DNA of 64,000 nt from contig NC_091290.1 of assembly GCF_032444005.1 (NCBI RefSeq), positions 19,654,001 through 19,718,000 of the forward strand, in the 5' to 3' direction. This stretch comes from Ranitomeya imitator (Eukaryota). The notes beneath the pieces are model-generated. The model was not told the origin of the DNA and did not search any database. It was given only the letters and a program-made list of their open reading frames with translations. The stretch's first letter is position 1; the number at the start of each line of letters is the position of its first letter. Of this stretch, positions 12,501 through 24,897 are shown in pieces. The position numbers and the translations under genes are program-made.

Positions 12501-15500
12501 GAAAACAGCGGCACTGCCTGGCGCATGCACTGGAGCAAGCGATCCACGGAGTCGGGGTCTGCAGGATTGAGTGGGGTCTGCTGCAGTCCTGCCTGTTCAG
12601 ACACTAAATCCACCAGCTGCTGTCTGCCGCTGACCGTCTGGAGGTTTTTCAATGAAGAAAGAATTTTCATAAACAGGACGAATTCTTCTCCCGTGACGTC
12701 ATACAGAACCTAAGGGACAAGACGTAATTAATAATCGTCATGGCTGTTTAATACCAAGTCAAACAGACAGATGAACTCCCTCTGCGAGGCACAATGTAGT
12801 GATGTCTCAGGATAGACATTGTTGGTATATTGCAATGATGTTCCAAAAATGAGCGACTGGCCACTGTCCCCTATCGTGCATGGATGATTCTTCTCTGCAA
12901 TAAACCTAAATGACACCTTTTATTACCAACCAGTATAAAATTACCTTCTTGGATTCAGAGAATATGAAGTCATCCACTTCTTTAGTCATAACATCGTCTG
13001 GAAGTGTTTTCAGCTTAGAGGAAAGGAATTTAATGGCTCGTTCACGAACTATATCTTCTCCTTGAAGGATCTGACTGAACAAACCTCCCAATGTGCCTGC
13101 GTAAGACAGAACAAAAACATCTTAATATGTATAATGCTTCAAAACCTAAAAGGATTTGTCCACCTTTGGTGGGAATTTTTTATTATTTTAACTCCAATGC
13201 ATGAGTGGATGCATACCACAGCTGCTGTAAGATAACAGTCTATTACCAATGCTAAAGGAAGAAAAACAAACAAATCAACAAAAGAACGGCATGAATGGGG
13301 CTCTTGTCCAAGTACACCTGAGGCCAGCTTGATTCATGGCATTCTTTTGTTGATTTGTTTTCTGCCTTCAGCATTAGCATTGGTGATAGATTTATCTTAC
13401 AGCAGCTATAGTATGCTCAGTATTTGACATAGCAGTGATTTTCTTTTAGATGGGCTCCATAATTATCAAATTGCACTTGTCACTTTATATAGTATAATAG
13501 GAGCTCCAATAGATTGCATTTCACACTTAATAAAAATGTATAAATATTTTTAATATGTATTGCTCTGTGGTCCATATTTGTTTGTTTCGTTTATATTTAG
13601 GGATGAGCTATGATTATATAGCCTTTGTTTTGGAAAATAATTGACAAAATGTTGCCATAGACATCCATCCCAACGTGGATGCTCTGGGCATAATGTGTAT
13701 GCACAATGATTAATGCATTATATGCTTTGAACAAGAGGCCCAGTCGGCAAAATTCCACTTTTATTTAAAATAATATAAATATAAACACACAAATCTGTGC
13801 GTGTTCACCTGATTTAGAAGTAGAGCAACTTTGAAAGCATTCAAAACAGATTGAATTTAATGCCCATTTTTCAATGAACATGTGAAGACAGAACAAACCG
13901 TAATGACGCTGCTGCCAGGAACATAGTTTATTTATTAGAAGTGTTTCCCTGACTCTTGAGAGCTCTCTGTTTTTCTATCACACGGACTATTTTGATGATA
14001 GATGCTTTTTAAACTAAGTGCATATTTTATTTATACCTCTTACTTTACAATTCTATATGGTGGTTTAAAGAAGAGAAGGAAAAGAAAAAAAAGTCTTATG
14101 TGCAATTACCTTTTGCATCCATTTTGAATATGCTCACCAAAGCATTGTTCACCAATGTGAACTCAGCGGAGTCATCTGAAATAAAAAAAAATACAGAATT
14201 CTGATCACAAGGTTAAACTTGATTACCCCCCGCTTCTATTCCCTTCCCCTACAAATACAATAAACTACACACTTGGCTGCTTCCATAACGCCATAGGCAT
14301 TGTATGACGAGGTAACATATAACGTCATCTGTTATATTCACAACTTGCAATGTAACTTCAGTGAAAAATGTTAACATACCAGACTGTAAAAGCTGAGCAA
14401 GGATGTCTGCCACACGGGGCAGGTTCTCTCCTGTAGCAAACTGCGACAGTTCTTTAATAGCCTGACGGCGGATCTAAGAGACACAAGGAGAAAAGATGGT
14501 GAAGTTACAGTAGTGGTATTATTATTGTGGCAGCAAACATGGGACCTGATCCTCAAGTATTACTGTTCGATGGGGGAATGTCAGCTAAAACCAACACAGT
14601 TTCTCAAACAGTTCATAACCTTAAGGCAAGGTGGCGGCAATACTCCTTTAACGCAAAAGGTATTCTAAAGTTGCAGAACTTTCCATTGACTGATATATTA
14701 AAAAAAAAAAAAAAAAACAGGAGATGATTCCATACCGACACTTCCTCATCTTCGCATAGGTCCAGCTGAGCGTTGAGCGCCGCATCGGAAAGTTCCGGGA
14801 AATATTTAAAAAATTTGGGAATGAACTGAGCCGCCAATCTCTTCTCCTTCGCTCCTCCTTTCACACCATCCAGGATAACCTGATACGAAGCTTTGTGCTG
14901 TGAAGAAAAATGGAGAAGAAATACATAATTACTTCACATCAATTTCACAAATCAGAAAGTGAAAAAGCCATAGACTAAGTGGGGAACAAAACCAAACAAG
15001 CGTCGGCTGACAGCTGCGTGTGCAGCACCACGGCCGACCATTGTGCTCAGATGTTTCTAGCTCAGTGTGGACGCAGAGCCCAGGAGCAATGGAAACAGCT
15101 GCCGCCTGCAACTACAAAGCAATCTGACACATGATGCTATCTGCCAAACCATGGGCATGTAAGAGAGGGTATGTCACAGGAGAAAGGCAGTGTAAAACAT
15201 AGCAATAAGCATGCTTCTCAGCAACGACCATAGCAAAGAGCTGTGCTGTTTGGCTCCATCCTCCACTTACATCGGGCCACCATTAGAGAGGAAAACAGCT
15301 AATTAGTGGGATGCCAGGTATCAGACTCACATTGATATATTGACCTATTCAGTAACATCAGACTAGACTACCCCTTTAAGCTTTTTTTTCCTAATAAAAA
15401 TGTATTAAAAATTCAGTAAATTCTTTAAGTTTTACTCTACTTTAGATGACACTGTTTTGGTCTACCTTGATTTTCCCCGCTGAACAGGTTTTAATTTTTG

Positions 15501-17682
15501 ATACTACATTTTATTTATTTTTCGTGTGTGACAAAATATGCAATAAACTTGTATCTCCTTAATTACTTTGGACCTGTACTCCACATTCTTAGTCAATATT
15601 TGGAGCGTCCTCATTTCTTTGGCTTGGTCTTAGCTCCTGCACTTGGGTGTTGAGCACGTGTGAGAGATAATTATTTAGGTTTTCCGCTTTAGTCTGTATT
15701 TATTTAGATGACTATGTTTTAAATCCCCATTATGCCAAGTTTAGGAGATGGTCTAGGTCTTCTTCCCAGCAAGCAGGCACGGGACGTCTGCTCCGACAAC
15801 CTCAGTTCAGTCCACTACTGGTGCCACGCTCGGGGACATTAAGGTGCCATTTTAAAATGGTAGAAAAGGGGTTTCTGGAGCATTGGAGAATTGTAAAAGT
15901 GTCTACTACAGGGCCATAAATGCATTAACTGATTATGCAAGGTCCCTGGACAAAAAGGAGTTACAAGATGCAGCTTTTCAAGGAAGCACAGCTTTAATAT
16001 ACCAGTCTGTGGCCCTATTTATGATCTTAACAGAAAATACCTACCCTTGCCTACTGTATCCTCACCCATCCCTTGTAGATTGTGAGCCCTCGCGGGCAGG
16101 GTCCTCTCTCCTCCTGTACCAGTTATGACTTGTATTGTTTAAGATTATTGTACCTGTTTTTATTATGTATACCCCTCCTCACATGTAAAGCGCCATGTAA
16201 TAAATGGCGCTATAACAATAAATAATAATAATACCTGAGGATCTACAACTGAAGTGAGTGGTAGACTGAATATTTTCTAATAATGTGCGGCTTCAGCTGT
16301 AATGTAATATAGGACAGTGTCACACGGGAATAAATATATATAATTCCTGTAATACACTGCACCTGCAGACGGACTAATATATATATATATATATATATAT
16401 ACATACATATACACACACACAAATATACCGTATGTGTATATAAATACACACACATATGTATCTATCTCTATCAGCAGAGGCTTCTAGAGCAAAAGTAAGA
16501 ACATACGCAAACCAGGAGGAAGAAAACTCTGATACGAGCTGATCTTCTGGAATTTACCTGGCACAGGGGTGATCGACATCTACATTAATGGAGCGTCATG
16601 AATGAGAATTGTTGGAAAAAGTTAAATCATAAAAAATTACTACAGGAAGCGTATAAACCAACATCAAAAAAGGAAGCCACGAGTCAGAGCAGGCGTGTGA
16701 GGCTCGGAGGGACAAGTATAAAGATTACACAGCGGCTGAGCATATACATCAAGATTATGATCCTACTAATTAAAAGGGCTGTATGATCCTGATGAAATCT
16801 CATTTAAAATGCAAAATGGGGGAGGAATAATAGCAAGAGGTATGTAGAGGACGCATGACCCCCCAACCACTGGTATTACATATAAACAGACCACTATGGG
16901 AGAGCGCAGAGTTCTGTTCTCTGCAGCATCACAGACAATCAATGGAGATGAAGTGGAACGTGCACAACGCTGTGATCTGCAGAGCAGGGTCCAGACCCCC
17001 CCAATATCGGGCACCAGCAATCAGTAAGTTATCATATAACCCATGTAGGAGGGGAAAAAAAAGAGTCTGAAAAAGCAATAAAAGGTCTGGAAACATTGTG
17101 AAACATCTCATGCGCTGCGGGAAGGATGGGTGACTATTTGCTTTAACAGTTTCATCACCAGTGAATAAACAATAGTGTCCCCTGTTATAATGGGGTACAA
17201 TGGGGGAACTATGACTATGACTCCTCTAAAGACACCAACCCAGATAGTGAAACCTTCACAAGATCGATTCCATCACTGTAACCATAATGGGGGGATTTAT
17301 GGAGGGGCCTAAAATTAGAAAATGTGTTCTTCCCCATAACAGCCAATGACAACGCGGCTTTCATTCTGCACTCTGTTAAATCCAAAATGAAAGCTGCTCT
17401 GCGATTGGTCGCCGCGATATAGACAGCATTAGACCGCTTTACGCCGCATAGTGAGGGAACGAGGCCCGGAGGAAAGGCGGGAGAAGGGCCCGGGAAACAC
17501 AGAGGTGAGGACCGAGAGACCAGGCCTGGAAAAAAGCACAGGCCGCGAAAGACGGGCCTCGGGCGCCACACGCAGAGGTCTACGTCCCTCAGCACCACGT
17601 TCCGGTTCTTTACCTGGCTCACGTCGTCCTTGGCGTCGGCCAGGATCCCGTAGTTCCGGTACAGCTCCTCCACGGTCGGCAT
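9478..17682 (-). CDS. API5: Apoptosis inhibitor 5, complete 14-exon CDS, 524 aa: join complement(17614-17682,14736-14897,14380-14473,14110-14175,12945-13096,12500-12709,12309-12413,12114-12203,11353-11534,10984-11077,10775-10831,10492-10568,9881-10017,9478-9557)
   Basis: Starts MPTVEELYRNYGILADA, ends in RG-rich tail EQRGGFRGGRGRGWGGRGNNSRGRVY*; all junctions GT-AG, phases consistent, total 1575 nt. Confidence 0.97.
9881..10017 (-). CDS. API5: API5 exon 13
   Basis: QKRSSEDSSSSSPPKKIIAGPKRDSRQIYNPPSGKYSGSLGNFSY; ag/gt bounded. Confidence 0.95.
10492..10568 (-). CDS. API5: API5 exon 12
   Basis: DLFHNPPSYKSTVTLSWKPVQKTELG; ag/gt bounded. Confidence 0.93.
10775..10831 (-). CDS. API5: API5 exon 11
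   Basis: NKIKVVALKITNNINVLIK; ag/gt bounded. Confidence 0.95.
10984..11077 (-). CDS. API5: API5 exon 10
   Basis: LQYFARGLQVYIRQLRLALQGKTGDSLKTEE; ag/gt bounded. Confidence 0.95.
11113..11296 (+). mobile_element. Short L2-tail retroposon (5'-truncated L2 or L2-type SINE) in API5 intron 9
   Basis: cttgtagattatgagccctcgcgggcagggtcc..., stem-loop AGCGCCAT-GGAATAA-ATGGCGCT at 11241-11263, (AAT)n tail; near-identical to 16061-16232. Confidence 0.7.
11353..11534 (-). CDS. API5: API5 exon 9
   Basis: EYMPLPPEEAENGENSANEEPKLQFSYVECLLFSFHQLGRKMPDFLIGKVNAEKLKDFKIR. Confidence 0.95.
12114..12203 (-). CDS. API5: API5 exon 8
   Basis: VLKLLAEMSSFCGDMDKLESNLNKLFDKLL. Confidence 0.95.
12309..12413 (-). CDS. 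API5: API5 exon 7
   Basis: KNVHSTKFVTHFCEHVLPILNTLTSPAEGIDVQLE. Confidence 0.95.
12500..12709 (-). CDS. API5: API5 exon 6
   Basis: VLYDVTGEEFVLFMKILSSLKNLQTVSGRQQLVDLVSEQAG...RQAVPLFS. Confidence 0.95.
12945..13096 (-). CDS. API5: API5 exon 5
   Basis: GTLGGLFSQILQGEDIVRERAIKFLSSKLKTLPDDVMTKEVDDFIFSESKK. Confidence 0.95.
13212..13415. repeat. Imperfect inverted repeat (MITE-like) in API5 intron 4
   Basis: Arms cataccacagctgctgtaagataa...aaatcaacaaaagaacggcatgaat and attcatggcattcttttgttgattt...ttatcttacagcagctatagtatg. Confidence 0.65.
14110..14175 (-). CDS. API5: API5 exon 4
   Basis: DDSAEFTLVNNALVSIFKMDAK. Confidence 0.95.
14380..14473 (-). CDS. API5: API5 exon 3
   Basis: IRRQAIKELSQFATGENLPRVADILAQLLQS. 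Confidence 0.95.
14736..14897 (-). CDS. API5: API5 exon 2
   Basis: HKASYQVILDGVKGGAKEKRLAAQFIPKFFKYFPELSDAALNAQLDLCEDEEVS. Confidence 0.96.
16061..16232 (+). mobile_element. Short L2-tail retroposon in API5 intron 1
   Basis: Near-identical to 11113-11296, same stem-loop (loop GTAATAA) and (AAT)n tail. Confidence 0.7.
17614..17682 (-). CDS. API5: API5 exon 1
   Basis: MPTVEELYRNYGILADAKDDVSQ|gtaaag. Confidence 0.96.
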
Positions 17683-17689
17683 GTCTGTA

Positions 17690-17990
17690 TCTAGCCCCGG
17701 CGATGATGTTCTCAGTGACGGTAATCTCCTCCTCAGTGTGTGCGCAGAGAGCAACTGTACAGAGGGGAAGCGGGAAAAGACCAGATCACAGCGTATGTGC
17801 AGCAGAGACCACAGCGCCACCTGGCGGCTCCTGAACTAACTACAGCTCGGAGAGCGCACGCGTCACCAGGAGGGTTCCCCGCAGAGTGGCGCTCACAGGC
17901 GACTCGGGCGCACGTCTTTATAGGGGGGCGTGGTCGTAACAGGGGGCGTTGTTTCTTTCTGGGCGTGGTCTTTGTTGGGATGCTATTGTC
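17690..17990 (-). promoter_or_regulatory. CpG-island promoter/5' UTR of API5
   Basis: CpG-rich; GC boxes GGGGCGTGG at about 17925-17933, GGGGCGTTG at about 17942 and GGGCGTGG at about 17960; CTCF-like CCGCCAGGTGGCGCTG (minus, 17812-17827). Confidence 0.6.
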
Positions 17991-19764
17991 CCTCACTGAG
18001 GGGTTGTGTCCACCTTGGAAACTTTTATTTTTTACCTCTCTGCATCTTCTACTGAAAATAACGTTTGTAAATGGTTTTAATAATACATTTTTCTCTGTTA
18101 CCTTCTATAGTCTCATGTATTGCACTTTCTATTGTTGGAGTTAATAATAATCTCTGTACAGTATTATCTATACAGTCTATATACTGTACATTATATAGGT
18201 GACACTGCTACTGGTGTGTGTATATACGTTATATAGGTGATACTGCTGTATATAATCACTATATAATGTATGTACAGCAGTCTATATACATTATATAGGT
18301 GACACTGCTACTGGTGTGTATATATGTTATATAGGTGATACTGCTGTATATAATCACTATATAATGTATGTACAGCAGTCTATATACATTATATAGGTGA
18401 CACTGCTACTGGTGTGTATATATGTTATATAGGTGATACTGCTGCATATAATCACTATATAATGTATGTACAGCAGTCTATATACATTATATAGGTGACA
18501 CTGCTACTGGTGTGTATATACGTTATATAGGTGATACTGCTGTATATAATCACTATATAATGTATGTACAGCAGTCTATATACATTATATAGGTGACACT
18601 GCTACTGGTGTGTATATATGTTATATAGGTGATACTGCTGTATATAATCACTATATAATGTATGTACAGCAGTCTATATACATTATATAGGTGACACTGC
18701 TACTGGTGTGTATATATGTTATATAGGTGATACTGCTGCATATAATCACTATATAATGTATGTACAGCGGTCTATATACATTATATAGGTGACACTGCTA
18801 CTGGTGTGTATATATGTTATATAGGTGATACTGCTGCATATAATCACTATATAATGTATGTACAGCGGTCTATATACATTATATAGGTGACACTGCTACT
18901 GGTGTGTATATACGTTATATAGGTGATACTGCTGCATATAATCACTATATAATGTATGTACAGCAGTCTATATACATTATATAGGTGACACTGCTACTGG
19001 TGTGTATATATGTTATATAGGTGATACTGCTGTATATAATCACTACATAACGTATGTACAGCAGTCTATATACATTATATAGGTGACACTGCTACTGGTG
19101 TGTATATATGTTATATAGGTGATACTGCTGTATATAATCACTATATAACGTATGTACAGCGGTCTATATACATTATATAGGTGACACTGCTACTGGTGTG
19201 TATATATGTTATATAGGTGATACTGCTGTATATAATCACTATATAACGTATGTACAGCGGTCTATATACATTATATAGGTGACACTGCTACTGGTGTGTA
19301 TATATGTTATATAGGTGATACTGCTGCATATAATCACTATATAATGTATGTACAGCGGTCTATATACATTATATAGGTGACACTGCTACTGGTGTGTATA
19401 TACGTTATATAGGTGATACTGCTGTATATAATCACTATATAACGTATGTACAGCAGTCTATATACATTATATAGGTGACACTGCTACTGGTGTGTATATA
19501 CGTTATATAGGTGATACTGCTGTATATAATCACTATATAATGTATGTACAGCAGTCTATATACATTATATAGGTGACACTGCTACTGGTGTGTATATACG
19601 TTATATAGGTGATACTGCTGTATATAATCACTATATAACGTATGTACAGCAGTCTATATACATTATATAGGTGACACTGCTACTGGTGTGTATATACGTT
19701 ATATAGGTGATACTGCTGTATATAATCACTATATAATGTATGTACAGCAGTCTATATACATTAT

Positions 19765-19879
19765 TCCAAAGACATACTGATAGGGATTCTAGATTGTGAG
19801 CCCCATCGGGGACAGCGATGATAATGTGTGCAAAACTGTAAAGCGCTGCGGAATATGTTAGCGCTATATAAAAATAAAG

Positions 19880-19909
<30 letters not shown>
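19765..19909 (+). mobile_element. Short L2-tail retroposon inserted in the 98-bp satellite
   Basis: ctagattgtgagccccatcgggga...aaagcgctgcggaatatgttagcgctatataaaaataaag(att)n; same terminal motif as the L2 ending at 26626. Confidence 0.7.
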
Positions 19910-19914
<5 letters not shown>

Positions 19915-21431
19915 GGTGACACTGCTACTGGTGTGTATATATGTTATATAGGTGATACTGCTGCATATAATCACTATATAATGTATGTACAGCGGTCTAT
20001 ATACATTATATAGGTGACACTGCTACTGGTGTGTATATACGTTATATAGGTGATACTGCTGTATATAATCACTATATAACGTATGTACAGCAGTCTATAT
20101 ACATTATATAGGTGACACTGCTACTGGTGTGTATATACGTTATATAGGTGATACTGCTGTATATAATCACTATATAATGTATGTACAGCAGTCTATATAC
20201 ATTATATAGGTGACACTGCTACTGGTGTGTATATACGTTATATAGGTGATACTGCTGCATATAATCACTATATAACGTATGTACAGCAGTCTATATACAT
20301 TATATAGGTGACACTGCTACTAGTGTGTATATACGTTATATAGGTGATACTGCTGCATATAATCACTATATAATGTATGTACAGCAGTCTATATACATTA
20401 TATAGGTGACACTGCTACTGGTGTGTGTATACGTTATATAGGTGATACTGCTGCATATAATCACTATATAACGTATGTACAGCAGTCTATATACATTATA
20501 TAGGTGACACTGCTACTGGTGTGTATATACGTTATATAGGTGATACTGCTGCATATAATCACTATATAATGTATGTACAGCAGTCTATATACATTATATA
20601 GGTGACACTGCTACTGGTGTGTATATACGTTATATAGGTGATACTGCTGTATATAATCACTATATAATGTATGTACAGCAGTCTATATGCATTATATAGG
20701 TGACACTGCTACTGGTGTGTATATACGTTATATAGGTGATACTGCTGTATATAATCACTATATAATGTATGAATAGCAGTCTATATACATTATATAGGTG
20801 ACACTGCTACTGGTGTGTATATACGTTATATAGGTGATACTGCTGCATATAATCACTATATAATGTATGTACAGCAGTCTATATACATTATATAGGTGAC
20901 ACTGCTACTGGTGTGTATATACGTTATATAGGTGATACTGCTGTATATAATCACTATATAATGTATGAATAGCAGTCTATATACATTATATATTTGACAC
21001 TGCTACTGGTGTGTATATACGTTATATAGGTGATACTGCTGTATATAATCACTATATAATGTATGTACAGCAGTCTATATACATTATATAGGTGACACTG
21101 CTACTGGTGTGTATATACGTTATATAGGTGATACTGCTGCATATAATCACTATATAACGTATGTACAGCAGTCTATATACATTATATAGGTGACACTGCT
21201 ACTGGTGTGTATATACGTTATATAGGTGATACTGCTGCATATAATCACTATATAATGTATGTACAGCAGTCTATATACATTATATAGGTGACACTGCTAC
21301 TGGTGTGTATATACGTTATATAGGTGATACTGCTGTATATAATCACTATATAATGTATGAATAGCAGTCTATATGCATTATATAGGTGACACTGCTACTG
21401 GTGTGTATATACGTTATATAGGTGATACTGC

Positions 21432-22154
21432 CTAGTTAATGATAAACTTACCTGGAGCAGCCAGTGCCAGGCAGCAGCTGCCAAGGCAAACAGGATCATG
21501 GGGTGCATTAAAAGAGGTCTGGATACACATGATGAGAGCATTATACTGCCTCTGTACAAATCCCTAGTTAGACCGCACATGGAGTACTGTGTCCAGTTTT
21601 GGGCACCGGTGCTCAGGAAGGATATAATGGAACTAGAGAGAGTACAAAGGAGGGCAACAAAATTAATAAAGGGGATGGGAGAACTACAATACCCAGATAG
21701 ATTAGCGAAATTAGGATTATTTAGTCTAGAAAAAAGACGAATGAGGGGCGATCTAATAACCATGTATAAGTATATAAGGGGACAATACAAATATCTCGCT
21801 GAGGATCTGTTTATACCAAGGAAGGTGACGGGCACAAGGGGGCATTCTTTGCGTCTGGAGGAGAGAAGGTTTTTCCTCCAACATAGAAGAGGATTCTTTA
21901 CTGTTAGGGCAGTGAGAATCTGGAATTGCTTGCCTGAGGAGGTGGTGATGGCGAACTCAGTCGAGGGGTTCAAGAGAGGCCTGGATGTCTTCCTGGAGCA
22001 GAACAATATTGTATCATACAATTATTAGGTTCTGTAGAAGGACGTAGATCTGGGTATTTATTATGATGGAATATAGGCTGAACTGGATGGACAAATGTCT
22101 TTTTTCGGCCTTACTAACTATGTTACTATGTTACTATGTTACTATGTTACTATG
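21432..22154 (+). mobile_element. CR1 LINE 3' fragment (ORF2 C-terminal part open at 21498-22028)
   Basis: MGCIKRG...LYKSLVRPHMEYCVQFWAP...LERVQRRATKLIKG...LFSLEKRRMRGDLI is classic CR1 ORF2; ends in 8-bp (TATGTTAC)n tail; inserted in the satellite with about 3 bp TGC overlap. Confidence 0.93.
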
Positions 22155-24897
22155 CTGCATATAATCACTATATAATGTATGTACAGCAGTCTATATACAT
22201 TATATAGGTGACACTGCTACTGGTGTGTATATACGTTATATAGGTGATACTGCTGTATATAATCACTATATAATGTATGAATAGCAGTCTATATACATTA
22301 TATAGGTGACACTGCTACTGGTGTGTATATACGTTATATAGGTGATACTGCTGTATATAATCACTATATAATGTATGTACAGCAGTCTATATACATTATA
22401 TAGGTAACACTGCTACTGGTGTGTATATACGTTATATAGGTGATACTGCTGTATATAATCACTATATAATGTATGAATAGCAGTCTATATACATTATATA
22501 GGTGACACTGCTACTGGTGTGTATATACGTTATATAGGTGATACTGCTGTATATAATCACTATATAACGTATGTACAGCGGTCTATATACATTATATAGG
22601 TGGCACTGCTACTGGTGTGTATATACGTTATATAGGTGATACTGCTGTATATAATCACTATATAACGTATGTACAGCAGTCTATATACATTATATAGGTG
22701 ACACTGCTACTGGTGTGTATATACGTTATATAGGTGATACTGCTGTATATAATCACTATATAATGTATGTACAGCGGTCTATATACATTATATAGGTGAC
22801 ACTGCTACTGGTGTGTATATACGTTATATAGGTGATACTGCTGTATATAATCACTATATAACGTATGTACAGCAGTCTATATACATTATATAGGTGACAC
22901 TGCTACTGGTGTGTATATACGTTATATAGGTGATACTGCTGTATATAATCACTATATAATGTATGTACAGCAGTCTATATACATTATATAGGTGACACTG
23001 CTACTGGTGTGTATATACGTTATATAGGTGATACTGCTGTATATAATCACTATATAACGTATGTACAGCAGTCTATATACATTATATAGGTGACACTGCT
23101 ACTGGTGTGTATATACGTTATATAGGTGATACTGCTGCATATAATCACTATATAATGTATGTACAGCAGTCTATATACATTATATAGGTGACACTGCTAC
23201 TGGTGTGTATATACGTTATATAGGTGATACTGCTGTATATAATCACTATATAATGTATGTACAGCAGTCTATATACATTATATAGGTGACACTGCTACTG
23301 GTGTGTATATACGTTATATAGGTGATACTGCTGTATATAATCACTATATAATGTATGTACAGCGGTCTATATACATTATATAGGTGACACTGCTACTGGT
23401 GTGTATATACGTTATATAGGTGATACTGCTGTATATAATCACTATATAACGTATGTACAGCAGTCTGTATACTGTACATTATATAGGTGACACTGCTACT
23501 GGTGTGTATATACGTTATATAGGTGATACTGCTGTATATAATCACTATATAATGTATGTACAGCAGTCTATATACATTATATAGGTGACACTGCTACTGG
23601 TGTGTATATACGTTATATAGGTGATACTGCTGTATATAATCACTATATAATGTATGTACAGCGGTCTATATACATTATATAGGTGACACTGCTACTGGTG
23701 TGTATATACGTTATATAGGTGATACTGCTGTATATAATCACTATATAACGTATGTACAGCAGTCTATATACATTATATAGGTGGCACTGCTACTGGTGTG
23801 TATATACGTTATATAGGTGATACTGCTGTATATAATCACTATATAACGTATGTACAGCAGTCTATATACATTATATAGGTGACACTGCTACTGGTGTGTA
23901 TATACGTTATATAGGTGACACTGCTGTATATAATCACTATATAATGTATGTACAGCAGTCTATATACATTATATAGGTGGCACTGCTACTGGTGTATATA
24001 CGTTATATAGGTGATACTGCTGCATATAATCACTATATAACGTATGTACAGCAGTCTATATACATTATATAGGTGACACTGCTACTGGTGTGTATATACA
24101 TTATATAGGTGATACTGCTGTATATAATCACTATATAACGTATGTACAGCAGTCTATATACATTATATAGGTGGCACTGCTACTGGTGTGTATATACGTT
24201 ATATAGGTGATACTGCTGTATATAATCACTATGTAACGTATGTACAGCAGTCTATATACATTATATAGGTGACACTGCTACTGATGTGTATATACGTTAT
24301 ATAGGTGATACTGCTGTATATAATCACTATATAACGTATGTACAGCAGTCTATATACATTATATAGGTGACACTGCTACTGATGTGTATATACGTTATAT
24401 AGGTGACACTGCTACTGGTGTGTGTGTATATACATTATATAGGTGATACTGCTGTATATAATCACTGTATAACGTATGTACAGCAGTCTATATACATTAC
24501 ATAGGTGACACTGCTACTGATGTGTATATACGTTATATAGGTGACACTGCTGTATATATATACACTGCGGCTATACACTGCAGTCACATTATCACCTATA
24601 TATTGTATATACAGCATTTGCAGTTTGACCTGTCTAATATATATTGACTGTTGTGTATACAATATATAAGTGATACTGCGATTATATACAGCAGCATCAC
24701 CTATATAATGTATGTACAGCAGTCTATGTACATTATATAGGAGAAACTGCGGCTGCGGTGTGTACGTAATATAGGCTATGCCACTGTGTGTACTGTATAT
24801 ATACTGTAGACCGCTGTGTATAGCCGATATAGGCCAGCCGCAGTGTGTGTAATATATATATACATACATACATACACATACATAAAACTGTGCCGCT

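Larger units (their letters stand above)
18160..24560. repeat. 98-bp AT-rich satellite array, interrupted by two retroposon insertions
   Basis: Unit cattatataggtgacactgctactggtgtgtatatacgttatataggtgatactgctgtatataatcactatataatgtatgtacagcagtctatata (period 98, e.g. 18291 to 18389); internal duplicated tatataggtga motif. Confidence 0.97.

Noticed and set aside
17215-17834. 201-aa and 127-aa ORFs over the API5 promoter
   Set aside because: GC-rich CpG-island read-through; only 17614-17682 is coding
18290-18312. Satellite unit resembles the SP6 phage promoter (TAGGTGACACT) and could be mistaken for a CRISPR-like array
   Set aside because: Only an 11-bp match, repeated as part of a 98-bp monomer; no unique spacers, no cas genes, no vector context
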